DNA of 64,000 bases from an uncultured Acidobacteriota bacterium. GTDB lineage: Bacteria > Acidobacteriota > Thermoanaerobaculia > Multivoradales > UBA5704. Below, in pieces: positions 1 through 9,449 of the stretch. The position numbers and the translations under genes are program-made. The stretch's first letter is position 1; each line of letters begins with the position of its first letter. Location: the NCBI GenBank assembly GCA_963700145.1, contig OY969474.1, positions 3,904,001 through 3,968,000 of the forward strand, written 5' to 3'. Below the pieces are notes generated by a model, which worked only from the letters and a program-made list of their open reading frames with translations, was not told the origin of the DNA and did not search any database.

Positions 1-2
1 CG

Positions 3-1085
3 GAGCTGCCGCTGGCGCTCGGGCTCGCCGACGAGCTGGCCTCCCGCGGGCTCGCCGTCTTCGGCCCCTCGGCCCGCGCCGCCGAGCTCGAGGGGAGCAA
101 GGCCTTCGCCAAGCAGTTCATGGAGCGGCACGGCATCCCGACCGCGCCCTTCCGGCTGGCCCACGACGCCGCCGAGGCGCGGGCGGCGCGGCAGGAGCTC
201 GGGCTCCCGATCGTGCTCAAGGCCGACGGCCTGGCCTCGGGCAAGGGGGTCTTCGTTTGCGCCTCGGAAGACGAGCTCGACGACGCCCTCGCCGCCCTCT
301 TCGAGGAGCGCCGCTTCGGCGCCAGCGGCGAGCGCGTCGTGGTCGAGCAGTTCCTCGAGGGCGAGGAGGTCTCCTTCCTCGCCCTCGCCGACGGCGAGCG
401 CCTGCTGCCGCTCGCCACCGCCAAGGACTACAAGCGGATCGGCGACGGCGACACCGGCCCCAACACCGGCGGCATGGGGTGCCACAGCCCGTCCGGCCTC
501 TTCACGGCCGAGATCGCCTCCGAGGTCCTCGACAAGGTCCTGCGGCCGACGATCGCCGGCATGGCCGCCGAGGCCCGCCCTTTCGTCGGCGTCCTCTACG
601 CCGGCCTGATGCTCACCGCCGAGGGGCCGCGCGTCCTCGAGTTCAACGCCCGCTTCGGCGACCCGGAGGCGCAGGCGATCCTGCTGCGGCTGGAGGACGA
701 CCTCCTGCCGATCCTCGCCGCCGCCGCCGCCGGGCGCTTCGAGACGCCGCGCCTGCGCTTCCGCCCGCAGGCCGCGGCCTGCGTCGTCCTGGCGAGCCCC
801 GGCTACCCCGGGAAGCCGGTGACCGGCGAGCCGATCGGCGGCCTCGAGCGAGCGGCGAAGCTGCCTGGGGTCGAGATCTTCCACGCCGGCACCACGCTCG
901 ACGAGGACGGCTGGCTGGTCTCCGGCGGCGGCCGCGTGCTCGACGTCTGCGCCCTGGGCGCGGACCTGGTCGAGGCGCTCCACCGCGCCTACGCCGCCGT
1001 CCAGCAGGTCGAATGGGCGGGCAAGACCTACCGCCGCGACATCGGCCGCCGCGTCGTCGATCGCATCGCCGAAGTCCAGCATTGA
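3..1085 (+). CDS. purD: Phosphoribosylamine--glycine ligase (5' end lies before the window)
   Basis: Motifs LEGSKAFAKQFMERHGIPTA, VLKADGLASGKGV, DYKRIGDGDTGPNTGGMG and EFNARFGDPE; the frame is open from the window edge. Confidence 0.97.
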   Translation, partial: ELPLALGLADELASRGLAVFGPSARAAELEGSKAFAKQFMERHGIPTAPFRLAHDAAEARAARQELGLPIVLKADGLASGKGVFVCASEDELDDALAALFEERRFGASGERVVVEQFLEGEEVSFLALADGERLLPLATAKDYKRIGDGDTGPNTGGMGCHSPSGLFTAEIASEVLDKVLRPTIAGMAAEARPFVGVLYAGLMLTAEGPRVLEFNARFGDPEAQAILLRLEDDLLPILAAAAAGRFETPRLRFRPQAAACVVLASPGYPGKPVTGEPIGGLERAAKLPGVEIFHAGTTLDEDGWLVSGGGRVLDVCALGADLVEALHRAYAAVQQVEWAGKTYRRDIGRRVVDRIAEVQH

Positions 1086-1210
1086 CGCGGACTTAGCCCG
1101 CTGCCACAATGCCCGCGGCCCTCGGCCGCCAGGAAAACTCCGCGCTGGTACCCAACGTGCATCGGGTACGCGAGCGGTATCGGCGCGTTCGCAGGAAGGA
1201 AGTCGTCAAC

Positions 1211-1939
1211 ATGGGATGCTCCGGTTGCTCCTTCGCAGGGATGTCCACCGCCGTCGAAGACACCTACGTCGGCGTTCGCTTTCGTGAAGAGACGAACTTG
1301 ACCCTCTGCGCCACCAACGGACAGATCTACGCGCGCGGCGCGCGCGTGGTCGTCGAGCTCGAAGGCGGGCCCGCCTTCGGCGTCGTCGAGGCCTCGCCGA
1401 TGCCGGTCTTCAAGCCCTGCCAGAAGTCGAGCGCGCGGCCGATCCTCCGCCCCGCCTCGGCCGGCGACACCGCCGACTTCGACCGCCAGCGCCAGCACGA
1501 GCAGCAGGGCAAGCTCTTCGCCCAGGAGCGGGTGCGCGCCCTCGGGCTCGACATGAAGGTCTCGCGCGTCGACTTCGCGCTCAGCGGCAAGAAGGCCACC
1601 TTCTACTTCACCGCCGAGCAGCGGGTCGACTTCCGCCAGCTCGTCCGCGACATCTCCTCGCGCTTCTCGGCGCGGGTCAAGATGGTGCAGGTCGGGGCGC
1701 GCGACGAGGCGGGTCTGGTCGGCGGCATCGGCGTCTGCGGCCGCACGCTCTGCTGCTCGACCTGGCTCCACGACTTCCGGCCGATCTCGATCCAGATGGC
1801 GAAGCGGCAGAACCTGTCGCTCAACCCGTCGAAGATCTCGGGGCAGTGCGGGCGGCTCCTCTGCTGCCTGGCCTACGAGGACGACCAGTACCGCAGCAAG
1901 AACCCGGAGGGGCGCGCGCCGGCGTCGCCCGCTGCCTGA
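1211..1939 (+). CDS. ricT: PSP1/RicT (YaaT) family Fe-S regulatory protein
   Basis: [33 protein letters not shown] and [21 protein letters not shown] are PSP1 C-terminal signatures; ATG at 1211 follows AAGGA. Confidence 0.9.
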   Translation: MGCSGCSFAGMSTAVEDTYVGVRFREETNLTLCATNGQIYARGARVVVELEGGPAFGVVEASPMPVFKPCQKSSARPILRPASAGDTADFDRQRQHEQQGKLFAQERVRALGLDMKVSRVDFALSGKKATFYFTAEQRVDFRQLVRDISSRFSARVKMVQVGARDEAGLVGGIGVCGRTLCCSTWLHDFRPISIQMAKRQNLSLNPSKISGQCGRLLCCLAYEDDQYRSKNPEGRAPASPAA

Positions 1940-2292
1940 TGGCCAACCGCAAGCTGATCCGCCCCGACATGAACGAGCTCAAGAAGGAGCTGCCGTCGCG
2001 CAGCGTGCGCCGCAAGCAGTCGCCGCCCGAGCAGACCAACGCCGAGGAGTTCTACTACCTCAAGAACATGGCGGCGCGGACGCCGATGGTGGTGGTGCTG
2101 GTGAACGACGAGGAGCTGCACGGCTGGATCGAGTGGTACGACAAGGGCGCGATCAAGCTCAACCGCAACTCCGGCCCCAACCTGCTGATCCAGAAGCACG
2201 CCATCCGCTACCTCTTCAAGGAGGAGGAGCTGCGACGCCGCTCCCCTCGGCGCGGGCCGGCGGGCAGCGACGAGTCGCCGTTCCCGCGCTGA
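1939..2292 (+). CDS. Hfq-like (Sm-fold) RNA chaperone
   Basis: [25 protein letters not shown]...[11 protein letters not shown] resembles the Hfq Sm1/Sm2 motifs (YKHAI); ATG overlaps the upstream stop (TGATG). Confidence 0.75.
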   Translation: MANRKLIRPDMNELKKELPSRSVRRKQSPPEQTNAEEFYYLKNMAARTPMVVVLVNDEELHGWIEWYDKGAIKLNRNSGPNLLIQKHAIRYLFKEEELRRRSPRRGPAGSDESPFPR

Positions 2293-2322
2293 CGCCGGAG
2301 GGCGTCTCCTGAGCACCTCCGC

Positions 2323-2360
2323 TGTCATCCCGAGCGCAGCGAGGGATCTGGGCGGGGGGC
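2323..2360. repeat. REP-like palindromic element, half copy
   Basis: TGTCATCCCGAGCGCAGCGAGGGATCTGGGCGGGGG matches the left arm of the full copies at 21930 and 59859. Confidence 0.85.
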
Positions 2361-2368
2361 CTCGCTGG

Positions 2369-3370
2369 TTGGCCTTCACGCAAGGCGACCCGGCGGGCGT
2401 CGGCCCCGAGATCCTCCTCAAGCTGCTCCAGTCCTCGCCGCCCACCGCATCCTGGCGTCCTTTGCTTGTCGCCGAGCGCGCCGCGTTGGAAGCGCTGCGG
2501 CCGGTCCTCCCCGCCGCTCCCTGGGACCGCCTTCTCTACCTGAGCGGTTCTCCCACGCGAGGAGAGCTGGATCGGGTGAGCGGCATCCCCGTCCTCGACC
2601 CCGTCGGCGCGCCGCGCCCGATCGCCTTCGGCGCCTCCGGCCCCGCCGACGCCGCCGGCGCCCTCGCCGCGCTCGACCTCGGCGCGCGGCTGGCGCGCGA
2701 CGGCGTGGCCGACGCCCTGGTCACCGCACCGGTCTCCAAGGAGTCGATCGCCCGCCACGTCCTCCCCGGCTTCACCGGCCACACCGAGCGCCTGGCCGAA
2801 GCCTGCGGCCTCGAGCGCTACGGCCGCGACTATCTGATGGCCTTCCTCGCCCCCGACCTCCAGGTCGTGCTGCTGACCGTCCACCTGCCGCTCGCCGCGG
2901 CGCTCACGCGGGTGCGGCGCGAGGCGGTCGAGGAGGCGCTCGCCTGCCTCGCCCGCCACGCCGGCGGGCGGATCGCGCTCGCCGGGCTCAACCCGCACGC
3001 CGGCGAGGGGGGGCTCCTGGGAGCGGAGGAGGAGCGGGAGCTGGCGCCGGCGGTGGCGGCGGCGCGGGAGCGCGGGCTCGACGTCCACGGCCCGGAGAGC
3101 GCCGACTCGCTCTTCGCCCGCGCCCGCGGCGGCGAGTTCGACTGGGTGCTGGCGCTCTACCACGACCAGGGGCTGGTGGCGGTCAAGACGGCGGCCTTCG
3201 GCCTGGCCACGAACTGGACGCTCGGCCTGCCGTACCTGCGCACTTCGGTCGATCACGGGACGGCGTTCGGGATCGCGGGGCGCGGCGTGGCCGACGCCAG
3301 GCCGCTGGCGCAGGTGGTGGAGACGACGCTGAAGCTGCTGTCGGGCGAGCTGCCGCTGCGGCGCTACTGA
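2369..3370 (+). CDS. pdxA: 4-hydroxythreonine-4-phosphate dehydrogenase PdxA (true start may be CTG at 2309)
   Basis: Motifs TQGDPAGVGPE, GFTGHTE, GLNPHAGE, YHDQGL and RTSVDHGTAFGIAGRG. Confidence 0.95.
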   Translation: MAFTQGDPAGVGPEILLKLLQSSPPTASWRPLLVAERAALEALRPVLPAAPWDRLLYLSGSPTRGELDRVSGIPVLDPVGAPRPIAFGASGPADAAGALAALDLGARLARDGVADALVTAPVSKESIARHVLPGFTGHTERLAEACGLERYGRDYLMAFLAPDLQVVLLTVHLPLAAALTRVRREAVEEALACLARHAGGRIALAGLNPHAGEGGLLGAEEERELAPAVAAARERGLDVHGPESADSLFARARGGEFDWVLALYHDQGLVAVKTAAFGLATNWTLGLPYLRTSVDHGTAFGIAGRGVADARPLAQVVETTLKLLSGELPLRRY

Positions 3371-4776
3371 AAAAACCCGTTCACGTCCACGATCAGATGG
3401 ACCATTCCATTTGCCCCTGAGCTGTGGTGGACGGCGAGGGTGCCGGTGCCGCTCGAGGCGAGCATCAGCACGGCGTTATTGCCGCGGACCTGGCCGGCGG
3501 CGAAGTTGACGGTGCTCGTCGCGCCGCCGTCGGCGTTGCCGGGGAAGAAGGTGAGGTAGCCGCCCGCGGTCGCGCCGGCCACCGTCACGTTGACCGACAC
3601 CGCCTTGGCGGCCGCCGGGATGCCGCACCGCCCCGTCATCTGGAACACCCGGTGCCAGCCGGGGAAGAGCGCCGGCGCTCCCCAGGGACCGAAGGGGTTG
3701 CGGGTGTCGAGCACGCGGCAGGGGGTGAGGGTGTGGAAGCCGAGACTCGCGGTGCCGGTCCCCACCACCGGCCGCCAGCCGAGCTGGATCACCTCGAAGT
3801 CGTCGCGGTGGAGCGAGGCGAAGGCCGGGTTCAGCACGTCGTTGTTCCAGCGCGTGTCGTAGGTCCCCTGGACGTAGAGGTCGCTGCCGTTGTCGGCCAC
3901 CACCAGGCCGTAGGTCTTCATCGCCTGCGCGATGCGCTGGATCGCCGCGGCCTCGGCAGGCGTGGCGTCGCCGGGGATCGTCGGGTTGACGTTCGCCTTG
4001 AGGCGCAGGCGCGCGCCGAGCGGCAGGGCGTTGGCGCCCGTCGTGGCGTCGTGCGAGGCGGGGTAGACGTAGCCGGTCGTCGGGTGGACGGTGACGCGAA
4101 AGGCGCGGCGGATGGGGTCGGTGCCGAAGGCCTCGTCGTAGCGCGCCAAGCCGGGCAGGATGGCGAGCCCGGCGGCGTCGGCGCTGGTCCAGGTCTCGGG
4201 GCGGCGGTTGTTGCCGTCGAGCGAGAAGATCGCGCCGGAGCTCGCCTCCCAGCGTCCCAGCCCGGCGTTCCAGAAGGCCCGGTAGAGCTCGTAGAGGAGC
4301 CGGTTGTCGCGGTCGACAATCAGCAGGTGCCGGTCGCCGCCGGGATCGACGTTGCCCGGGTAGCCGCCCTCGATCCACTTGGCCTGCGTCTTCGCCTCCT
4401 CGGGGACCGGATAGCCGACCGGCCGGCCCGGGACGCCGGGGTCGCTCTGGCTGCCGAACTCGACCCAGGTGATCGGCTGGAGCGGCTGGCTGCCGGAGAC
4501 CGAGACGTACGGCATGCCGTAGATCTCCGGGAAGTCCGGCGCGTCGCCGCCGAAGTCGGGGTGCAGGCCGACGTTCGAGGCGATTGTGGTGTTGAGCAGG
4601 GCGGTGCTGTTGCCGGCGACCGGCGCCGCCGAGACGTCCACGTTCCACCAGTTGTCCGCCGGAAAGAGCGGCAGCGGCTGGGGCAGCGGGCCGTTGCGCT
4701 GGGGCTGGGCGAGGGCGGCGGTGGAGATGGCCGCCAGGACGAGTGCTGCGATCGATGCCAATCGTCGAATAGCCAT
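3364..4776 (-). CDS. Secreted hypothetical protein with C-terminal 'TLTPCRVLDTR...VDVNGFFQ' surface domain
   Basis: Signal peptide; GDRHLLIVD and SADAAGL core; a C-terminal module I recall from Acidobacteria/Actinobacteria surface proteins. Confidence 0.75.
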   Translation of the reverse strand: MAIRRLASIAALVLAAISTAALAQPQRNGPLPQPLPLFPADNWWNVDVSAAPVAGNSTALLNTTIASNVGLHPDFGGDAPDFPEIYGMPYVSVSGSQPLQPITWVEFGSQSDPGVPGRPVGYPVPEEAKTQAKWIEGGYPGNVDPGGDRHLLIVDRDNRLLYELYRAFWNAGLGRWEASSGAIFSLDGNNRRPETWTSADAAGLAILPGLARYDEAFGTDPIRRAFRVTVHPTTGYVYPASHDATTGANALPLGARLRLKANVNPTIPGDATPAEAAAIQRIAQAMKTYGLVVADNGSDLYVQGTYDTRWNNDVLNPAFASLHRDDFEVIQLGWRPVVGTGTASLGFHTLTPCRVLDTRNPFGPWGAPALFPGWHRVFQMTGRCGIPAAAKAVSVNVTVAGATAGGYLTFFPGNADGGATSTVNFAAGQVRGNNAVLMLASSGTGTLAVHHSSGANGMVHLIVDVNGFFQ

Positions 4777-4824
4777 TCGGCAATGGCTACTCTACCGCGG
4801 TACGGGCTTACTGCGGGCGCGCCG

Positions 4825-6234
4825 CTACCCGTGCGCCAGCCGCTTCGTGCCCTTGAGGCCCGAGCTGAAGTCGCGCAGCGTCTGCTTGGCGTCGCCGAGG
4901 ACCATCAACGTGTTCGGCTGGACGAAGAGCTCGTTCTCGATCCCTGAGAAGCCGGGGTTCATGCTCCGCTTGAGCACGATGACCGCCTGCGCCTCGTCGA
5001 CGTGGAAGACCGGCATGCCGTAGATCGGGCTTCCCGGGTTGTCGCGCGCCGCCGGGTTGACGACGTCGTTGGCGCCGATGACCAGCACCGCGTCGGTGCG
5101 CGCGAACTCGTCGTTGATCTGGTCGAGGTCGTAGATCTGGTCGTAGGGGACGTTGGCCTCGGCGAGGAGCACGTTCATGTGCCCGGGCATCCGCCCGGCC
5201 ACCGGATGGACGGCGTAGCGCACCTGGACGCCGCGCCCCTCGAGCGCCTGCGTCAGCTCGTGGGTGGCGTGCTGCGCCTGCGACACCGCCATGCCGTACC
5301 CCGGCACGATGACCAGCGACTGCGCCGCCTCGAGGACGCCGAGCGCGTCGTCGACCGTCGCCAGGTTGTAGCTCGGCTGCCCGGCGCCGGGGGCTGTCGC
5401 GTCGCCGGCGTCCTCGGCGGGCGCCTTGCCGAAGGCGCCGAAGAGGACGTTGGCGAAGGAGCGGTTCATCGCCTGGCTCATCTTGAGCGAGAGGAGGAAC
5501 CCCGAGGTGCCGTCGAGCGCGCCGGCGATGATCAGCACGTAGTTGTTGAGCGCGAAGCCGGTCGCCGCCGCGGCGAGACCGGCGTAGGAGTTGAGGAGCG
5601 AGATGACGACCGGCATGTCGGCGCCGCCGATCGGCACGACCGCCAGCACCCCGACCGCGAGACCGAGCGCCCCCATCAGGTAGAAGAGCGCGGCGCGGCT
5701 TGGATCGGCCACCACCAAAACGAGCAGGACGAGCGCGCCGGCGAAGAGCGCGATGTTCGAGGCGTTCTGGCCACGGTAGGTCACCGGCCGGCCGGTCACC
5801 AGCCCTTGCAGCTTGCCGAAGGCCATGAGGCTGCCGGTGAAGGTGAGGAAGCCCAGGAAGACTTCGAGCGCCAGGGCGCCCATGGTGAAACGGTCGATGC
5901 CGCTGCCGCGGTGGACGTACTCGGAGACGCCGACGAGCGCCGCCGCCAGGCCGCCGAAGGAGTGCGAGAGCGCGATCCGCTCCGGCATCTTGGTCATCGG
6001 GATCCAGATCGCCATCGAGGCGCCGATGAGGGAGCCGATGATCAGGCCGGCGATGATCCATTCGAAGCGGATGATCTCGGTGGCGAGGAGGGTGCCGACG
6101 ACCGCCACCAGCATGCCGAAGGCGCCGAGGAGGTTCCCCTGCCGCGCGCGCTTCGGCGACGAAAGCGCCTGGAGGGCGAGGATGAAGCAGACCGAGGCGA
6201 CGAGGTAGGCGAGCGGGATGAGCGACGAGTCCAT
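4825..6234 (-). CDS. pntB: NAD(P)+ transhydrogenase beta subunit
   Basis: Motifs PIGGADMPVVISLLNSYAG, VPGYGMAVSQAQH, HPVAGRMPGHMNVLLAEA and GANDVVNPAA; start MDSSLIPLAY at 6234. Confidence 0.97.
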   Translation of the reverse strand: MDSSLIPLAYLVASVCFILALQALSSPKRARQGNLLGAFGMLVAVVGTLLATEIIRFEWIIAGLIIGSLIGASMAIWIPMTKMPERIALSHSFGGLAAALVGVSEYVHRGSGIDRFTMGALALEVFLGFLTFTGSLMAFGKLQGLVTGRPVTYRGQNASNIALFAGALVLLVLVVADPSRAALFYLMGALGLAVGVLAVVPIGGADMPVVISLLNSYAGLAAAATGFALNNYVLIIAGALDGTSGFLLSLKMSQAMNRSFANVLFGAFGKAPAEDAGDATAPGAGQPSYNLATVDDALGVLEAAQSLVIVPGYGMAVSQAQHATHELTQALEGRGVQVRYAVHPVAGRMPGHMNVLLAEANVPYDQIYDLDQINDEFARTDAVLVIGANDVVNPAARDNPGSPIYGMPVFHVDEAQAVIVLKRSMNPGFSGIENELFVQPNTLMVLGDAKQTLRDFSSGLKGTKRLAHG

Positions 6235-6254
6235 CGCGGCCGAGCGCCTCCTGC

Positions 6255-6563
6255 CTACCGCGACTTGGCCGGCGGGACCGGCCGCCGCGTGCGGAACATG
6301 CGCAGCATGCGGTCGGTGATCATGAACCCGCCGACCGTGTTGATCGTGGCGCAGGTGACGGCGACGAAGCCGAGGATCGTGGAGAGCGTGTTGTAGTCGG
6401 CGCCGGCGGCGACCAGCGAGCCGACCAGCGAGATGCCGGAGATCGCGTTGGTGCCGGACATCAACGGCGTGTGCAGCAGCGGCGGCACCTTGGAGATCAC
6501 CTGGTAGCCCAGGAAGCCGGCCAGCACGAAGACGTAGAGCCCGAAGAGCAGCTCGTTCGACAC
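6255..6563 (-). CDS. pntAb: NAD(P)+ transhydrogenase alpha subunit part 2 (membrane)
   Basis: KVPPLLHTPLMSGTNAISG and INTVGGFMITDRMLRMF; GTG start preceded by GGAGG. Confidence 0.95.
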   Translation of the reverse strand: MSNELLFGLYVFVLAGFLGYQVISKVPPLLHTPLMSGTNAISGISLVGSLVAAGADYNTLSTILGFVAVTCATINTVGGFMITDRMLRMFRTRRPVPPAKSR

Positions 6564-6681
6564 CGGGACCTCCGATCTGGACGGCGCGGGATCGTAGCAC
6601 GCGCCTCCGCGATCTATTGCCGATCGGCGATGAAATGGACGGCAGGCCTGCGACACCTCCGACAGACCCAAGGAGGTCAAT

Positions 6682-9312
6682 ATGAAACGCAAGTCGCTGT
6701 TCACGATCGCCTGTCTGCTGCTCCTGGGCGGGCTGCTGCCGGCCGCGGGCTTCGCCGCGGCGCCGCAACCCACCTCGGACCTGCTGCTCCCGTATTTCGA
6801 AGTCGACACGGCCGGCCCCGGCATCACGACGCTGCTCGGCGTCGGCAACGCCCTCGACCGGCCGGTGGACGTGTCGATCACGCTCCACACCAACTGGGGC
6901 CTACCGGTCTGGGAGACGACGCTCCGCTTCCAGGCCGACGAGGTCAAGACATTCAACTTGCGCGATTGGCTGCTCGGCGACTTTCCCGGCGCCGACCCCG
7001 GCGCCGCCGAGCTCGCGCACATCCAGGCCGCGCTGGCGGGGCAGGCCTCGCCCGCCGACGGCCTCTACTACGGCAGCTCGGTGGCGAACGACCGCGCCGT
7101 GGGCTACGTCGTCCTGCGCACGCAGGGGGACCGCCCCGACGCGCTCTGGGGGGACTTCTTCGCCGTCGACGTGCCGCAGGATTTCGCGCAGGGCGACAAT
7201 CTGGTCGACATCGACCCGGCCAAGGAGTGCGGCAGCGGCCTGTGCCGGCGCCACGCTCTCCGCTTCCTCTCGGGGGGTGCCTTCGACGGCGGCACGCAGC
7301 TGGTCGTCTGGACGCCGCGGCAGATCCAGCCGTCGCCGGCGGAGCCGCTCTTGGCGGCCGACCAGCTGGCCGTCGAGGCCAGCGTCTACGACGAGCCGGG
7401 GCAGCGCGTCGAGGAGCGCGTGCTCCTGGCGCTGCCCGTCGCCAAGATCGCGGTCGCCGATCTCGGCCTCGCCCCGTCCTTCGGCTGGCTCGACCTGGTG
7501 ACCGAGACGGAGTCCTACATCGGCGTCGACTACAGCGCCGAGAACCGCTACGCCTTGAGCCTGCGGGCCACCTGTCTGCCCATCGTGGTGCCGGAGGGGC
7601 CGCGCATCCGCATCAAGAAGTACACCAACGGCGACGACGCCGACACGGCGCCCGGCCCGTCGATCGCGGTGGGCGGCGCGGTGACCTGGGAGTACGAGGT
7701 GACGAACACCGGCGGCGTGGCGCTCGCCGAGATCACCGTCACCGACGACAAGGGGGTGGCCGTGAGCTGCCCCGAGACGGCGCTCGCGCCGGGCGAGTCG
7801 ATGACCTGCGTCGGGCACGGCGTCGCCGCCGCCTGTCAGTACCGCAACGTCGGCACCGCGATCGGCAGGACGGCCGAGGGGGAGGAGGTCAGCGACGACG
7901 ACCCCAGCCACTACGTCGGCACGCAGCAGGCGTCGATCGCCATCGTCAAGTCGACCAACGGCCAGGACGCCAACGACGCCCAAGGCCCGAAGATCGAAGT
8001 GGGGAAGCCGGTCGCCTGGACTTACGCCGTGACCAACAGCGGCGCCGTGCGGCTGACCGACGTCCGGGTGAGCGACGACGACCCGGGGGTCGCTGTCTCC
8101 TGCCCGAAGACCGAGCTGCAGCCGGGCGAGTCGATGACCTGCACGGCCAACGGCATCGCCAAGCTCGGCCAGTACCGGAACGTCGGCACGGCGCGCGGCA
8201 ACCCGCCCTGCGGCCCGGCGGTCGCCGACGACGACCCGAGCCACTACTTCGGCGAAGGTCCGCCCGACCCCGGGATCAAAATCGAGAAGCTGACCAACGG
8301 CCAGGACGCCGACCAGGCGCCGGGGCCTTCGATCGCGGTCGGCTCGCCGGTGACCTGGCAGTATCTGGTGACCAACACCGGCGGCGTCACGCTCGGCAAC
8401 CTCAGCGTGACCGATGACCAGGGCGTGGCCGTCTCCTGCCCGAAGACGACGCTCCAGCCGGGCGAGTCGATGACCTGCACTGGCCACGGCGTGGCGCAGT
8501 CCTGCCAGTACCGCAACCTCGGTACGGTGACGGGGAAGACCCCGACCGGCACCGACCTGACGGCGAGCGATCCCAGCCACTACTTCGGCCAGCACCACGC
8601 CGCGATCCGGATCGTCAAGTCGACCAACGGCCAGGACGCCAACTCGGCCCCGGGCCCGACGATCGCGGTCGGCGCTCCGGTCCTGTGGAGCTACGTCGTT
8701 GCCAACACCGGCGACGTGGCGCTCACCGGCGTCGCGGTGAGCGACGACCAGGGCGTGGCGGTCTCCTGCCCGAAGACGACGCTGCAGCCGGGCGAGTCGA
8801 TGACCTGCATCGGCAACGGCGTGGCCGTGGCCGGCCAGTACCGGAACGTCGGCGCCGCCCGCGGTACCCCGCCCTGCGGCGCCGCGGTCGCCGACGACGA
8901 CCCGAGCCACTACTACGCACCGTCGCCACCGCCGCCCGGCGGCGAGGGGTGCACTCCCGGCTACTGGAAGAACCACGAGGACTCCTGGCCGCCGACGGGT
9001 TACTCCACGAGCCAGACGGTGCAGAGCGTGTTCGGCCAGGCGAGCAACTACCCGACCCTCGCCTCGGCCACTCTCCACCAGGCGCTGTCGTTCCAGGGGG
9101 GCTCGACGCTCGAAGGGGCGGCCGACAACCTGCTGCGCGCGGCCGTGGCGGCGCTCCTCGACAGCGCCCACCCCGGCGTCGACTACCCGCGGACGACGGC
9201 CTCGGTGATCGGCGACGTCAACGCCGCCCTGGCGAGCGGCGACCGGGACACCGTGCTCGGCCTCGCCTCGGCGCTCGACCGTGACAACAACCTGGGCTGC
9301 CCGCTGAACTAA
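6682..9312 (+). CDS. Large secreted/surface protein with four tandem DUF11-like Ig repeats and C-terminal GCTPGYWKNH domain
   Basis: AAGGAGG SD and signal peptide; four repeats of about 110 aa (K..TNG.DA..W.Y.VTN.G..V.DD.GVAVSCP.T.L.PGESMTC..QYRN..DDPSHY). Confidence 0.85.
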   Translation: MKRKSLFTIACLLLLGGLLPAAGFAAAPQPTSDLLLPYFEVDTAGPGITTLLGVGNALDRPVDVSITLHTNWGLPVWETTLRFQADEVKTFNLRDWLLGDFPGADPGAAELAHIQAALAGQASPADGLYYGSSVANDRAVGYVVLRTQGDRPDALWGDFFAVDVPQDFAQGDNLVDIDPAKECGSGLCRRHALRFLSGGAFDGGTQLVVWTPRQIQPSPAEPLLAADQLAVEASVYDEPGQRVEERVLLALPVAKIAVADLGLAPSFGWLDLVTETESYIGVDYSAENRYALSLRATCLPIVVPEGPRIRIKKYTNGDDADTAPGPSIAVGGAVTWEYEVTNTGGVALAEITVTDDKGVAVSCPETALAPGESMTCVGHGVAAACQYRNVGTAIGRTAEGEEVSDDDPSHYVGTQQASIAIVKSTNGQDANDAQGPKIEVGKPVAWTYAVTNSGAVRLTDVRVSDDDPGVAVSCPKTELQPGESMTCTANGIAKLGQYRNVGTARGNPPCGPAVADDDPSHYFGEGPPDPGIKIEKLTNGQDADQAPGPSIAVGSPVTWQYLVTNTGGVTLGNLSVTDDQGVAVSCPKTTLQPGESMTCTGHGVAQSCQYRNLGTVTGKTPTGTDLTASDPSHYFGQHHAAIRIVKSTNGQDANSAPGPTIAVGAPVLWSYVVANTGDVALTGVAVSDDQGVAVSCPKTTLQPGESMTCIGNGVAVAGQYRNVGAARGTPPCGAAVADDDPSHYYAPSPPPPGGEGCTPGYWKNHEDSWPPTGYSTSQTVQSVFGQASNYPTLASATLHQALSFQGGSTLEGAADNLLRAAVAALLDSAHPGVDYPRTTASVIGDVNAALASGDRDTVLGLASALDRDNNLGCPLN

Positions 9313-9449
9313 GCGGCCCGGCCTCTCCTCCCGCCCTCGGCGGCCCGTCCGGCGCCGGGGGCGGACGTGTCTCTAGGACGTCGCGAGCGCCGGCACGGCC
9401 TGTCCGGCGTGGAGTCCGTCCGGTATCATCGCCAGCCAACCGCGCCGCG

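Noticed and set aside
4769-4790. Hairpin TAGCCATT-CGGC-AATGGCTA over the start of the 3364-4776 gene
   Set aside because: A single short stem; I cannot distinguish regulation from chance
7600-8915. DNA-level repeats in the surface protein as DGR template/variable repeats
   Set aside because: They are in-frame domain repeats without adenine-specific variation, and there is no reverse transcriptase in the window
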